A stretch of DNA of 64,000 nt from an uncultured delta proteobacterium (GCA_963796685.1 CAWCMR010000015.1:96001-160000), one strand, 5' to 3'. Shown: positions 1 through 11,719, counted from the stretch's first letter. Numbers and translations: made by a program. Notes: generated by a model not told the origin, from the letters alone.

Positions 1-175
1 CGCTCATCGGTTCTGGAGCGAGCTCCGGGCTTTGCGACTTGTCGCTCGTTGCGTGCGCGGATGCGCAACCGGATAGAAGGACCATGCACAAAGCCAAAGG
101 GCGCATGCGATGTTTTTACGCCAGTCGGAGCGGACAGTCGACGGCAACAGAAGGCCCTTTCGTGGGCATCGAGCT

Positions 176-1625
<1,450 letters not shown>

Positions 1626-1659
1626 GCCGGTCTCGTCGCTTGATCCTTCCCCAACCCAG

Positions 1660-1690
1660 GCTTCCCCGCAAGCGGAGGTTGCGGGGAAGC
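1660..1690. terminator. GC-rich hairpin, possible terminator or RNA-stability element
   Basis: GCTTCCCCGCAA-7nt-TTGCGGGGAAGC is a perfect 12-bp stem right after the stop of the 1695..2486 (-) gene. No clear U tract. Confidence 0.45.
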
Positions 1691-1694
1691 TGCT

Positions 1695-2486
1695 CTAGCT
1701 CAGCATCAGCGACTTCAGTCCGCCATTCGGAAAGCGCACCAGCATGCTGGAGCGCAGAACCGTCTCCACCTTGCCTCGCCCGTACTCGGGGTGGGAGATG
1801 ATCTCGCCGACCTTGTAACGATCGCGGGCATCGAAGTTACGCACCTGGGTGCTCTCTGCCACCTCCCGGCCGAGTGCGCGCAGCTCCTCGGCTTTGTGCT
1901 CCGCCTTGCGTGCGGCTTCAGACTCCTTGGGCGTGGTCGGCTTGCTACTTTCCGTGGCGCTCTTGCGGGCCGGCGTAGTGCGAAATCCATGCCGTCCACC
2001 GCAGGCCTGACACACGACCTGCTTCGGGATCTCGTCGACCATGGCAATGATATGGTGGGTAGTAAGCCCGTCGCAGGGGCCGCACCAGGCGTCGACCTCT
2101 CCACCCACGCGCAGGGCAGGGGGTAGAACAGCTCCGAGGCCGGCTTCGCTGCGCCACGAGACCCCGGTGATCCGGCGTTCCTGGACCTCCGAGGGGCCGG
2201 CGCTGGCTTGGTCACCCGTGTGCTCGCTGGCGATGGCACCGATGCGGGGTAGCGTCGAGGCCAGGCGGCGCAGGTCGGTCACCCGTCGTCCAAGCTTGCG
2301 CTCGATGGTGTCGCGCTCGGATTCGGGGCCGCTGGTGGCGAGATCCCGATATCGCTTGGACAGTTGCTCGACTGCCAAATGGGCACTCTTGACGATCTCG
2401 CGATCCTCTGCCCTCTCCTGGGCCGAGTGGACGAGGAGCGCGACTTCGTGGATTTCATCGGTCAGTTGCTGAAGCGGCGATGTCAT
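1695..2486 (-). CDS. Hypothetical protein with zinc ribbon (CxxC...CxxC) and SH3-like C-terminus
   Basis: WCGPC...VCQAC motifs and C-terminal YKVGEIISHPEYGRGKV. Start chosen at MTSPLQQ. Confidence 0.65.
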   Translation of the reverse strand: MTSPLQQLTDEIHEVALLVHSAQERAEDREIVKSAHLAVEQLSKRYRDLATSGPESERDTIERKLGRRVTDLRRLASTLPRIGAIASEHTGDQASAGPSEVQERRITGVSWRSEAGLGAVLPPALRVGGEVDAWCGPCDGLTTHHIIAMVDEIPKQVVCQACGGRHGFRTTPARKSATESSKPTTPKESEAARKAEHKAEELRALGREVAESTQVRNFDARDRYKVGEIISHPEYGRGKVETVLRSSMLVRFPNGGLKSLMLS

Positions 2487-2750
2487 GCTGCCGGAACTTA
2501 CTCCCACGACCAGCGCAGGAATTCAACTGTTGAGTCGCGCGAGTTGCGGTGTGATCCACACGTGGGATCTTGCCGAGGTAACTCGTCGTGGGGGCAGGAA
2601 GGAGCCCTTCGAGGATTCCGCGCCAAGAAAGGTAAGTAAAAGCGTGTGATCGGGGTAACTAACGAACGACCCGAGACCTTTACGTGCCGATTGCTTCGCC
2701 AGCGAAGCGCGACTAGCATGGGGCACGCCTCGCCTCCAGGAGCCACTCGC

Positions 2751-5183
2751 ATGCGAAAAAAGCCAACGTCCCTAGCATCCCTCGTCGTCGTCCTCGTCGT
2801 TCCTTTTGCCGCCGCGGCCCAAACCGGGCCCATGGCTCCGCCCGCGCCGCCCTGGCCGCCGGCGCCCACCTATCCGACGCCCGCACCGGCGCCCGCGCCC
2901 GCACCGAACTATTGGAACGCGGCTCCGCCCGCACCTCCATCCCCCGCACCTGCGCCGGCACCTGCTCCAGCTGCGCCGCCGGCACCTGCTCCAATCGTCG
3001 CCGCACCTGCTCCGGCCATGCCTGCACCGGCACCGGCTCCATCGCCTCCATCCCCTCCTCCTTCCGCATCTCCAGCGCCGGTCGCGGTGCCCGCGCCCAT
3101 GGCGCCGGCACCTGTCCCCGAGGCCCTTCCCGCGCCCCCTACCTCCAAGATCGAGATCGAGAGAGCCGAAGAATCGGCTCCCGCGCCGAAGGCTGCGGTC
3201 TCGGAGACCGATGAGCGACCGCGTGGATTCGTTCCCCAACTGAGCCTGGGCGGCTCGGTCGGTCTTCTCCGCATGGGTTCAGCCGATGTGGGCAGCGTGG
3301 GGCAGCTTCGCTTGAGCCTTCATGGTGAATACTTCACCGGCAGCAATTTCCTGGTCCAAAGCGACGCCGATCCTCAAACCGGAACCCCGGCGTCGATCGA
3401 CCACGACACTCGTTTGCAAGGCGCGCTCACCTTCGGCATGACGCCCATCGAGCACTTGGAAATCTTCGGGGCAATTCTGGGATCGGCCAACCGCAATCGT
3501 CGCCTCTGCAGCACCCTCAACGGCCAGGAAACCTGCACATCGGAGCCCGGTCGCACCGATCCCGAGCTCATCAAGTCGTTCGGGGATCTCATCTTGGGCG
3601 CGAAGGTCGCGACCCTGCTCGCACCCGGATTCTCCGGCGGCGGTGAGCTCGGCATCCGCATGATGTCCTCCATCACCGGGATCTCGTTTTCGCCGGATTC
3701 GACCTCGCTTTGGTTGAACGCCATCGGTACCTACGATCTCAAACCGGTGACGCAAAACATTCCCGTGCGCTTCCACGTGAATTTCGGCTACTACATCGAC
3801 AACTCCAAGAACCTGGTCGATTACCCCTCCGACACGACCGCGTTCTCGCGCTACGTGTCGAGGTTCGCCTACGGCATATCCCAGAGCCGCCTGCGCGTGG
3901 CGCTGGGCGCGGACGCGCCCTTCGACGAAGTGACCGAGGGCCTCTCCTTGCGGCCCATGATCGAGTATCACTTCGAGTACCTCACGGGCGATGCGGATCC
4001 GGTCATCAACGCGCAGGAGCACGGGGACGCAGGCAATCCGAACTGCGGTGTGACAGGGAAGGCCGCATGTAAGGACAACAAGGATCTGCACTGGTTGACC
4101 CTGGGCGTGCAAGCGCAAGTGCTTCACGGGCTGACCTTCACGGCGGGCCTCGATATCGCACTGAGATCACCCGGCTATCCCTACGCGCCGGCGCTTGTCC
4201 CGTGGAATTTCCTCTTCGGCGTCGGTTATCCCATCGATCTCGTTCCGCGCATCGTCCGCAACGTACCAGTCGAAAAGATCGTCATCAAAGAAGCGCCGAT
4301 GCGTGACGGCCTGGTGGCCGGAAGGGTCATCAGCGCGTCCGGAACGCCGGTTGAAGGCGCGGTGGTCGGTGTGAGCGGCAGGGAGCACTCGCGCGTGGTC
4401 ACCGACGCGGACGGCACCTTCCAGAGCGTTCCCCTCGCTCCCGGCCCGATCGAGCTTGTGGTGGTCGCGAATGGCTTCGAAACCGCCACGGTCAGGACCG
4501 AGGTCATCGCCGGCCAAACCGCCAATATCGTCCTTCGTCTGACGCCGAAGGCGCCGGCGGCGCGCGTGGTGGGCCGGGTTAGCGACGAGACCGGCAAGGG
4601 CATCGTCGCTTCCATCAAGCTGGCCGGTCCCCAGATCGCCGAAGGTCGCTCGGACGAGTCGGGTAACTTCTCGATACCCGTCGTCCCAGGGCTCTACGCC
4701 TTGCGCGTCGATGCCGACCAGTACCTATCGAAGGAGCTACAGCTGACGGTGGCGGATGGCCGCGAGAACGTCATCAGCATCACCTTGCATGCACGTCCGG
4801 CCGTGCCCGGCGTGACCTTCCAGGACGGCAAGTTCAAGTTGCGCCAAGCGATCCGCTTCAAGTCGGTCGGCAAGAAGCCATCGGCCGAGCTCGGGCCCGG
4901 CATGCCTCGCCTACTCGACGAGGTCGTGGACATTCTGGTGAACCATCCCGAGATTCGCCAACTTCGCGTGGAAGCCCATTGGGACAGCAGCATGAAGGCG
5001 GCCCAGGCTCAGGCCCTCACCGATGCCCAGGCCAAAGCTGTGGCGAAGTACCTCACGGATCAGGGAATCGCCTCCGATCGCGTTGTGCCTGTAGGAATGG
5101 GCGCCAAGAAACCCCTGGTTCCCAATCTGGGCGCGGGCAAGGTGAAGAACCGTCGCGTCGAGCTGATCGTCGTCAACCCGTAG
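2751..5183 (+). CDS. OmpA-family outer-membrane protein with Pro/Ala linker, beta-barrel and carboxypeptidase-regulatory-like domains
   Basis: Signal peptide (PFAAAAQ), long P/A-rich linker, aromatic beta-strand region, two GRV..G.P/G repeats and an OmpA C-terminus (VGMGAKKPLVPN...NRRVE). Confidence 0.8.
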   Translation: MRKKPTSLASLVVVLVVPFAAAAQTGPMAPPAPPWPPAPTYPTPAPAPAPAPNYWNAAPPAPPSPAPAPAPAPAAPPAPAPIVAAPAPAMPAPAPAPSPPSPPPSASPAPVAVPAPMAPAPVPEALPAPPTSKIEIERAEESAPAPKAAVSETDERPRGFVPQLSLGGSVGLLRMGSADVGSVGQLRLSLHGEYFTGSNFLVQSDADPQTGTPASIDHDTRLQGALTFGMTPIEHLEIFGAILGSANRNRRLCSTLNGQETCTSEPGRTDPELIKSFGDLILGAKVATLLAPGFSGGGELGIRMMSSITGISFSPDSTSLWLNAIGTYDLKPVTQNIPVRFHVNFGYYIDNSKNLVDYPSDTTAFSRYVSRFAYGISQSRLRVALGADAPFDEVTEGLSLRPMIEYHFEYLTGDADPVINAQEHGDAGNPNCGVTGKAACKDNKDLHWLTLGVQAQVLHGLTFTAGLDIALRSPGYPYAPALVPWNFLFGVGYPIDLVPRIVRNVPVEKIVIKEAPMRDGLVAGRVISASGTPVEGAVVGVSGREHSRVVTDADGTFQSVPLAPGPIELVVVANGFETATVRTEVIAGQTANIVLRLTPKAPAARVVGRVSDETGKGIVASIKLAGPQIAEGRSDESGNFSIPVVPGLYALRVDADQYLSKELQLTVADGRENVISITLHARPAVPGVTFQDGKFKLRQAIRFKSVGKKPSAELGPGMPRLLDEVVDILVNHPEIRQLRVEAHWDSSMKAAQAQALTDAQAKAVAKYLTDQGIASDRVVPVGMGAKKPLVPNLGAGKVKNRRVELIVVNP

Positions 5184-5374
5184 GGGCGGGTTTCAAACCC
5201 GCCCCACGCGAAGCCCGAATCACAATATCGTGGACATGGTTGGCCGGAGGGCGGGTTTCAAAACCGCCCCCCTGTAAGGCCACGCGAAGCCCGAATCACA
5301 ATATCGTGGACATGGTTGGCCGGAGGGCGGGTTTCAAAACCGCCCCTACCCCTGGGGCGCGATTCATCGCGCCC
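5180..5374. repeat. REP cluster (BIME/REPIN-like) with a 76-bp tandem duplication
   Basis: GTAGGGGCGGGTTTCAAACCCGCCCC at 5180 and an inverted REP ending CCCCTAC at 5349. The unit CACGCGAAGCCCGAATCACAATATCGTGGACATGG... repeats at 5205 and 5281. A second palindrome GGGCGCGATTCATCGCGCCC lies at ~5355. Confidence 0.85.
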
Positions 5375-5393
5375 GCAACCCGCGTGCCGGAGC

Positions 5394-5969
5394 CTATTCG
5401 CGGCTCTTGAGCACAAGGAGCCGGAAGTTTGCGTACTCGGCTTGGCCGCAAGAGTAGAGGATTTCGGTCAGCAGGCGGTACGGCGTGCTCTTGTCGGCGA
5501 TGATGGTCAGCTCGCCGTCGAACTTTTCGCCCGTCATTTCCGCGATCTTCTTCTCGCGTCGGGCGACCTTGCTCAGTATTTCGACGAGCGGGGTGATGTA
5601 GTAGCCGTTGTCGCCATCGCGCTTGAGCTGGGGGTCGATGCGACCCGCGTTGATGGGCGCCACGGCTTCACCTTCGACTAAAACCACGCGTTTGGTGATG
5701 GTGACCGGGACGGCTTGCTTGGGGGCCAGCCGAGTTTGCGAGGGTGGCAGGCTCAGGTTGTTGTCCAGATTCACCAGCACCGCGGAGGAGGTGAAGCTCT
5801 TGAGCAAGAAGACCAGGATGATGGTCATCATGTCCATCATCGGGGTGATGTTCAGTCCCTTGATGTCCTCGGTATCGGCGAGCTTGCGCGCATAGCTGCG
5901 GATCGCCTTCTTTCCCGCAAGGCGGGCGGCGATCGCCGCGGATTGCTTAGCGTCGTCGTTTGTCATCAC
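5394..5969 (-). CDS. ExbD/TolR-family protein (AglS-like)
   Basis: LNITPMMDMMTIILVFLL transmembrane motif with the conserved Asp, and IIADKSTPY. Confidence 0.85.
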   Translation of the reverse strand: MMTNDDAKQSAAIAARLAGKKAIRSYARKLADTEDIKGLNITPMMDMMTIILVFLLKSFTSSAVLVNLDNNLSLPPSQTRLAPKQAVPVTITKRVVLVEGEAVAPINAGRIDPQLKRDGDNGYYITPLVEILSKVARREKKIAEMTGEKFDGELTIIADKSTPYRLLTEILYSCGQAEYANFRLLVLKSRE

Positions 5970-6496
5970 AATATGCCCGCCGCGAAGACGATGTCGGGGA
6001 ACAGCTGCTTTTCGCGCTGATCTTTCTCATCCTTGTAGGTGCGCATGGCATCCAGGGTCTTGACCACGGTCTCATAGGGTGTGGCCGCGTCGGCGTTGAA
6101 GGTGGCCTTGGTCTCGTCCGAGAACTCTTTCTTGATCTCGGCAAGCTTGGCGGTGAGAGCCGAGTAGTCGTAGTCGCCATTCGGCAGCTTGGGGATGGGG
6201 GGCATGACCCCCCCCGAGCCCGCCAGCGTGAAACCGGTGTTGCCCACCGTGACCGTGAGGTTGAGGGCCGGCTTTTCCGGTTGGCTGTCCGCGCCGCCCC
6301 CGACTCCGAAGGTCGGCGACGACACGTTGACCGTGCCGAGCGGAACCTGGTTGATGACCGACGCCAGCAAGAAAATGATGATGTTGGTGACGATGTCCAT
6401 GTAAGGAACGAGGTTGATTTCGCCGGTATCCTCCTCGGCTTCCTCGGACTCCGCCCGCATGTGCCGCATGCGAGCTCGTACCTGGCGTTTCGTCAT
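5966..6496 (-). CDS. ExbD/TolR-family protein (AglQ-like)
   Basis: EINLVPYMDIVTNIIIFLL and ADAATPYETVVKTLDAMR. Confidence 0.85.
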   Translation of the reverse strand: MTKRQVRARMRHMRAESEEAEEDTGEINLVPYMDIVTNIIIFLLASVINQVPLGTVNVSSPTFGVGGGADSQPEKPALNLTVTVGNTGFTLAGSGGVMPPIPKLPNGDYDYSALTAKLAEIKKEFSDETKATFNADAATPYETVVKTLDAMRTYKDEKDQREKQLFPDIVFAAGIL

Positions 6497-6544
6497 CGCG
6501 TCTTGTTCCTTGAGAAGCTTGGTCGAGGTCGATGCGATTCCGAC

Positions 6545-7189
6545 CTACTTGGGCTGGCCTCCCGCGGAATGCGTCGTCTCCGCCAGGAGGTTTTCGAGCT
6601 TCAGCGAGAAGGCCTCCAGATCCGTGGCCTGTCGCTTCGACATCGAACCCAAGACGGCGTGGGCGATGATGCAGGTCACGGCGATGCCGAGACCCATGGC
6701 GGTGTTGTTGAGTGCCTCGGAAATGCCCTTGGCCAGGAGGTTGCTGCGCTCCTCCGGCTTGGCCGCAGCGACGGCGCCGAACGCCCGGATAAGACCGACA
6801 ACGGTTCCCAGTAGACCGATGAGGGTCGCGATGTTGGCCAGCGACCAGAGAATCTGGATGCGCTTCTTGATCATCGGGGTCACGTCCACGAGGGACTCTT
6901 CGATGGCTTGCGCCACGGCGATCTCGCCGCGATGCACCCGCTGGAGACCCGCCTTGGCCACTTGCGCGACGGGAGCGGTGGTGGCCGAGCACAGCTTCAC
7001 CGCGCGGTCGAGATTGTTCGCGAGCACGAGCTTGCGGATGTTTTCGAGGAAGGCGCGGGCGTTGACACTGCTTTTCACCAGGAAGAAGAGCAAGCGATCC
7101 ACGATCATCGAGAGCACGATGATCGAGGTGCCCAAGTTGAAGTACATGAGGGTACCGCCATCTTCCAGGAACTTTGCGAATCCTTGCAT
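6545..7189 (-). CDS. MotA/TolQ/ExbB proton-channel protein (AglR-like)
   Basis: ATLIGLLGTVVGLIRAF and GISEALNNTAMGL; three TM helices. Confidence 0.9.
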   Translation of the reverse strand: MQGFAKFLEDGGTLMYFNLGTSIIVLSMIVDRLLFFLVKSSVNARAFLENIRKLVLANNLDRAVKLCSATTAPVAQVAKAGLQRVHRGEIAVAQAIEESLVDVTPMIKKRIQILWSLANIATLIGLLGTVVGLIRAFGAVAAAKPEERSNLLAKGISEALNNTAMGLGIAVTCIIAHAVLGSMSKRQATDLEAFSLKLENLLAETTHSAGGQPK

Positions 7190-7288
7190 CTCATCCTCCG
7201 CGGGCCGTTTGGGTCCGCCATGGCCATCCCGCAAACGGGCTCGGCGAAAAGCAACTGTTGTCCTCAGGATCGTGTGCTACGGGTGGGT

Positions 7289-7316
7289 ATCTTATAGTCG
7301 GGCCCCAGCGTGTCAA
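7289..7316 (-). promoter_or_regulatory. Sigma70-type promoter for the tolQ/tolR/tolR operon
   Basis: Minus strand TTGACA-N16-TAAGAT about 100 bp upstream of the ExbB-like start. Confidence 0.55.
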
Positions 7317-7437
7317 GCTAGGGGAATGTGAGTCGGTCCTCCGGATTCAGTCATGGAAACGAGTGGCGTCGACATCGCAGAACCTTCACTCTTTCTCCCG
7401 GCGCGCTTTCCTTGCGCCGGCTATTCTTCGTGCGTCC

Positions 7438-8364
7438 ATGACAACCGTCGATTCGCCAGCCGCCACGCGCTTTGCCTTCCTGACTCCGAGGGTGCTACCC
7501 AAGGCGGAAACCCTGGTCGGTCGGGTGGTCGTTCTCGACATCGCGTTTGCCGCGGAGACCGGGAAGACTTCGTTCGCCAGCGTGACCTTGCCGTTCATCA
7601 CCGCCCTCGGAGCTCGGCTTGCCGCGTGGGTCGATCACCATGATCACGAGCGCCACGTCGACTATGCGGGCGATGCGCGCTTCGTCCTGGCCAACAAGGC
7701 CCAGCACGGTGCCTGCCCCGAGATGGTGACTCCCGAGCTGGTGAAGCGCATCGGTCCGGTGGACACCATTGCCGTGCACGTCGATCTGGACGGCCTGTAC
7801 GCGGGCGCCAAGTGGGTGCTTGGCGGCGTCGAGCCTTACGAGGGCGCGGACGTGGACGCGCGCGCCATCGACACCCGCCGTGGCAAGCCCGGACCCATCG
7901 CCGAGCGAATCGATCGGGCGCTAAGGGCGCGCTTTCGCGACGAGAACCTCAAGCATCGCATCTTGCAGTATTTGATCGCCCGCACCCACGCTCCCCACCA
8001 CTTCGAGGAGATCGACGCCGCGGCCCGGCTGGTCGATCCCTTGCTGGAACAGGCGCAGCGCTTGGCAGCGCAGTTTCGCGTGGACGGAGCCGTGGCGTAC
8101 TTGGACGTGAAGTCGGGCGCGCCCTACGACAAGACCGAGCTCTTGCTCCTCGGACAGCAGCGCGCGGCGGTCGCGGTGGTGCGCGACTCCGGCTCGATCT
8201 CCATCGCGGCGGACTTCGAGTCCGGCTTGGATTTCGTCAAGCTGTTCGATCTCGGCGGCGGCATGCCGACGCGCGTCTCCGTCCCCGAGTCCCGGCGCGA
8301 CGAGGTGTTGGCCAAGCTGGCGCACAGCACGGCGCACCTAGCCCGCACCAATCACCACGATTGA
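7438..8364 (+). CDS. DHH-like phosphoesterase-fold protein
   Basis: VVLDIAF, WVDHHDH and HVDLDG motifs. Confidence 0.55.
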   Translation: MTTVDSPAATRFAFLTPRVLPKAETLVGRVVVLDIAFAAETGKTSFASVTLPFITALGARLAAWVDHHDHERHVDYAGDARFVLANKAQHGACPEMVTPELVKRIGPVDTIAVHVDLDGLYAGAKWVLGGVEPYEGADVDARAIDTRRGKPGPIAERIDRALRARFRDENLKHRILQYLIARTHAPHHFEEIDAAARLVDPLLEQAQRLAAQFRVDGAVAYLDVKSGAPYDKTELLLLGQQRAAVAVVRDSGSISIAADFESGLDFVKLFDLGGGMPTRVSVPESRRDEVLAKLAHSTAHLARTNHHD

Positions 8365-8449
8365 GTCTCCGACGAGAACGCGTTGGCCTGGCCTGCGTGG
8401 TACCGACTTGGCACGGCTCGCGAATGATGCGGGCTGGCGAGGGTCGGCG

Positions 8450-9646
8450 CTACTCGGCCTTGAAGCGGTCCACCTTGAAGTCGCCGCTGGCGCCCGCGGT
8501 GGCGGGCGGGGGGGTGTAGCCTGTACGTCCCCCGGCGCCGGGATCGAAGCCCGAAGCGACGCTCCCCCCTTTGCTCACGCCGCGGAAGAACAGGGCGAAA
8601 TCGTCGGCGTTGGTTGCGTTGGAAAGCGCCTCGTCGTAGGTCACGAAGCGGTTCTTGACCAGCTCGGTGAGGGACTGGTCGAAGCTGATCATGCCGTACG
8701 GATCGCGGCCGCTGGCGATGGCCTCGTGGATCTCGCGCGTGCGCTTGGGATCGGCGATGAGCTCCTTCACGCGCGCGGTATTGACCAGGATTTCCACGGC
8801 CGGAACCATGCCCATCTTATCGGCGCGTGTCACCAGTCGCTGCGAGACGACCCCCTTGAGCACCGCACACAGTTGCAACCGCGCTTGTCCTTGCTGGTGC
8901 GGAGGGTAGATGGCCACGATACGGTTGATGGTCTCGACAGCATCGACGGTGTGCAGGGTCGATAGTACCAGGTGGCCGGTCTCCGCCGCGGTGAGCGCGA
9001 TCTCGGTGGTTTCGAGGTCGCGCATTTCGCCCACGAAGATGACATCCGGATCTTGGCGCAGGGACGCGCGCAAGGCACGCGCGAACGAGGTCGTGTCGAA
9101 CCCGATCTCGCGCTGGTTGATCACACTGCGCCGATCCTTGAACGCGTACTCGATGGGGTCTTCGATGGTGATGATGTGGACCGCCCGGTTCGAGTTGATG
9201 TAGTCGATCATGGCGGCCAGGGTGGTCGACTTGCCCGAGCCGGTGATGCCCGTGACCAGCACCAGCCCGCGTTCTTCGTCGGCCAGACTCAGAACTTTCG
9301 GTGGCAGGTTCAGGCGCTCGAAGGGCGGCACGTTGGGCGGGATGAGGCGCATGACCACGCCCATGAGTCCGCGCTGCTGCAGCACGTTCACGCGGTAGCG
9401 GTAGCCTTCCTGCGTGGAGTAGGCAAGATCCACGTCCCAGTTCTTGTCGTAGATGTCGCGCTGCCGCGGATTCATCATGCCGAACCCGAACTCCTCGATG
9501 GATTCCTTGGTCAGGGGCGGCACGTTGGCGACGGTCCGAAGATCGCCTTTGACCCGAAAGATCGGCGGCAGGCCGACCTTGAGATGGACATCGGATGCGC
9601 CGAGTTGGCGAGCTGCCCCGAGCACCTTGTCGAGAACGCTGGTCAT
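8450..9646 (-). CDS. pilT: Type IV pilus retraction ATPase, PilT/PilU family
   Basis: ASDVHL, GITGSGKSTT, TIEDPIE, LRQDPD, GEMRDLET and AAETGHLVLSTLHT. The AIRNLIRE motif is replaced by ARVKELIAD, suggesting a paralogue. Confidence 0.9.
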   Translation of the reverse strand: MTSVLDKVLGAARQLGASDVHLKVGLPPIFRVKGDLRTVANVPPLTKESIEEFGFGMMNPRQRDIYDKNWDVDLAYSTQEGYRYRVNVLQQRGLMGVVMRLIPPNVPPFERLNLPPKVLSLADEERGLVLVTGITGSGKSTTLAAMIDYINSNRAVHIITIEDPIEYAFKDRRSVINQREIGFDTTSFARALRASLRQDPDVIFVGEMRDLETTEIALTAAETGHLVLSTLHTVDAVETINRIVAIYPPHQQGQARLQLCAVLKGVVSQRLVTRADKMGMVPAVEILVNTARVKELIADPKRTREIHEAIASGRDPYGMISFDQSLTELVKNRFVTYDEALSNATNADDFALFFRGVSKGGSVASGFDPGAGGRTGYTPPPATAGASGDFKVDRFKAE

Positions 9647-9732
9647 GGTGGTTGGCCGTCCCCAGGGTACCACGAGCCGCCTCGTACGCGTCTTTTGACC
9701 TTTGACCGACTCTCCCCTAGGGTTGATGGGTC

Positions 9733-10770
9733 GTGACATCACCGGACAGCCAGTCTGCAACGGGACAAGAGATCCTTGTCCTTGACGCGGACGAGAACGT
9801 GCGCAAGGGCGCGGATCGCCTGCTGCGCGAGGCTGGCCTCACGGTCACGCTCCTGGCTGATATGGAGCGGGCCAAGGATCAGATCGCCAATCGCTTCTTC
9901 CCCGTCGTTCTCGCCGATCTCGACACGCCCACGCAGAACGCGGCCATCGACCTCATCAAGTTCGTGCGCCAGCGCTCACGCCAGACTGCCGTCATCGTGA
10001 TGAGCCGCCGCATCGGGTTCGATGCCGTGGCGCCGGTCTTTCGCGCCGGGGCCACGGACGTGATCCCCAAAGCGCGTGAGTATGTGCACGACTTGCGCGA
10101 GCGGGTCGTGCGGGCAGCGACCGACGTCAAGGCAGCCATGGGACGCGAGCAGCTCCTCGTGGAGCTGGTCGATCTGAACGAGGAGCTTCTGCGCAAGATG
10201 ATGGCGCTGTCCCGGCAGTCCACGGATGCGGAGGACAAGCTCCTGTCTCGCGAAGGTGGCCTGTCGTCGTCGGCCAGCGGGCTCGGCGCGCTCAACTTGC
10301 TGCTGGTGGATGACGACGCGGCGTTGGCGGACGCCCTCGAGAAGGAATTGACCGAGGACAAGGGCTGGCGCCTGCGTCACGTGCAAAGCGGGGGCGAGGC
10401 GCTGGACAGCGCCACGCAAGTCCCACCGTCCGTGCTCGTGGCCAAGGAGAACCTGCCCGACCTCACGGGCAGCATGGTGGTGAACACCATCAAGGCAAGG
10501 GTACCAAGCCTGGTGGCCATGGTTTTCGCGCCGCCGACGCCCGGCCATGCCGGCGAGGTCAAGATCTCCGATCAAAGCCGTCTGCACGTCCTTCTGCCCC
10601 GGTTCGTCGCACCCAACGAGCTCATCGCCCAGCTGACCGAGGTCCGCGAAGCACTCACGCGAAAAGCGCGCGAACGCCGCTACGTGAAGATCTTCCAGAC
10701 TCAGTACATGGAAGTGTTGCAGAAGTGTCACCGCCTCAAGCAAGAGGCGGACAAGCTCGTTCAGCCGTGA
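9733..10770 (+). CDS. Protein with two receiver-like domains joined by a coiled coil
   Basis: ILVLDADENV...ADLDTP and LLLVDDD...VAKENLP; no output domain. Confidence 0.7.
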   Translation: MTSPDSQSATGQEILVLDADENVRKGADRLLREAGLTVTLLADMERAKDQIANRFFPVVLADLDTPTQNAAIDLIKFVRQRSRQTAVIVMSRRIGFDAVAPVFRAGATDVIPKAREYVHDLRERVVRAATDVKAAMGREQLLVELVDLNEELLRKMMALSRQSTDAEDKLLSREGGLSSSASGLGALNLLLVDDDAALADALEKELTEDKGWRLRHVQSGGEALDSATQVPPSVLVAKENLPDLTGSMVVNTIKARVPSLVAMVFAPPTPGHAGEVKISDQSRLHVLLPRFVAPNELIAQLTEVREALTRKARERRYVKIFQTQYMEVLQKCHRLKQEADKLVQP

Positions 10771-10811
10771 AGGGAGGCATTCACTCCCTTCGCGCTGCGT
10801 GCTGCTTGGGT

Positions 10812-11576
10812 TCAATCCTTGACGAGCAGGTGGCTGAGGTGGACGTTGCCGAGGGCGGCCAACATGGTTTGGCGGAGATGGGGGTACTCGCCCTCCATGC
10901 GCGCGAGCAGGGATTTCATCTGCTTGCGCTGGGCGTTGGGCAGCGAGCCGCACAGGTTGCATGGCAGGATCGGCACTTTGCGGTTGGCGGCGAACTCCGC
11001 CAGATCCTTTTCGGCGCAGTAAATGAGGGGTCTTATCACGGTGTGTTCGCCATCGTCGCTGGTCAGGCGCGCCGGCATGGAGGCCAGCTTGCCGGCAAAG
11101 AAGAGATTGAGCAGCAGTGTCTCCACGGCGTCGTCGCGGTGGTGGCCGAGCGCGATCTTGTTGCAGCCGAATTCGTCCGCGAAGCGATACAGGATCGCGC
11201 GACGAAGGCGCGCGCACATGGAGCAGGGCGTGCGTCCTTCGGGGATGGTCTCTTTCACGATAGCGTAGGTGTCCTCGCGCACGATGCGGTGGGCGAAGCC
11301 GTTGTCCGTCAGCCATGCCCGAAGCGGCTCGGGGCTGTGGCCCGGCTGGCCTTGATCGAGGTGGACGGCCAGCAGCTCGAATCGGATCGGCGCCCGGCGA
11401 CGCAGGACTTCAAGCAGCAGCAGCAGCGCGTAGCTGTCCTTGCCGCCCGAGAGCGCCACCATGATGCGATCCCCAGCCGAGATCAGCCCAAAATCCGCGA
11501 TGGCTCGGCCCGTGTGGTGGATGAGGTCGCGCTCCGGATCGGGCGCTGCGGAAGTTGCAGTTTGGAAATTCGTCAT
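10812..11576 (-). CDS. ttcA: tRNA 2-thiocytidine(32) synthetase
   Basis: PP-loop SGGKDS, CSMCARLRR, LGHHRDD, IRPL and PCNLCGS. Confidence 0.93.
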   Translation of the reverse strand: MTNFQTATSAAPDPERDLIHHTGRAIADFGLISAGDRIMVALSGGKDSYALLLLLEVLRRRAPIRFELLAVHLDQGQPGHSPEPLRAWLTDNGFAHRIVREDTYAIVKETIPEGRTPCSMCARLRRAILYRFADEFGCNKIALGHHRDDAVETLLLNLFFAGKLASMPARLTSDDGEHTVIRPLIYCAEKDLAEFAANRKVPILPCNLCGSLPNAQRKQMKSLLARMEGEYPHLRQTMLAALGNVHLSHLLVKD

Positions 11577-11719
11577 CGTGGTCGAGCGGCAGTCGGGGTG
11601 CAGCCTACTTTAGGAGAGGCAGTCGGACGAATCCAGGGCGCGGCGCATTGGGTGGCGCGGCGATCTGGAACTGGTTGCAGACTATGCTAGCTGTTTAGGG
11701 TAGTGGGTTAAGGCAATCC

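Noticed and set aside
2830-3145. Low-complexity GCACCG/CCGGCG repeats
   Set aside because: They encode the Pro/Ala linker of the OmpA-family protein.
5180-5349. Possible CRISPR array (palindromic repeats containing GTTTCAAA)
   Set aside because: The spacers are identical, repeat orientation flips, ends carry GTAG/CTAC REP signatures and there are no cas genes.
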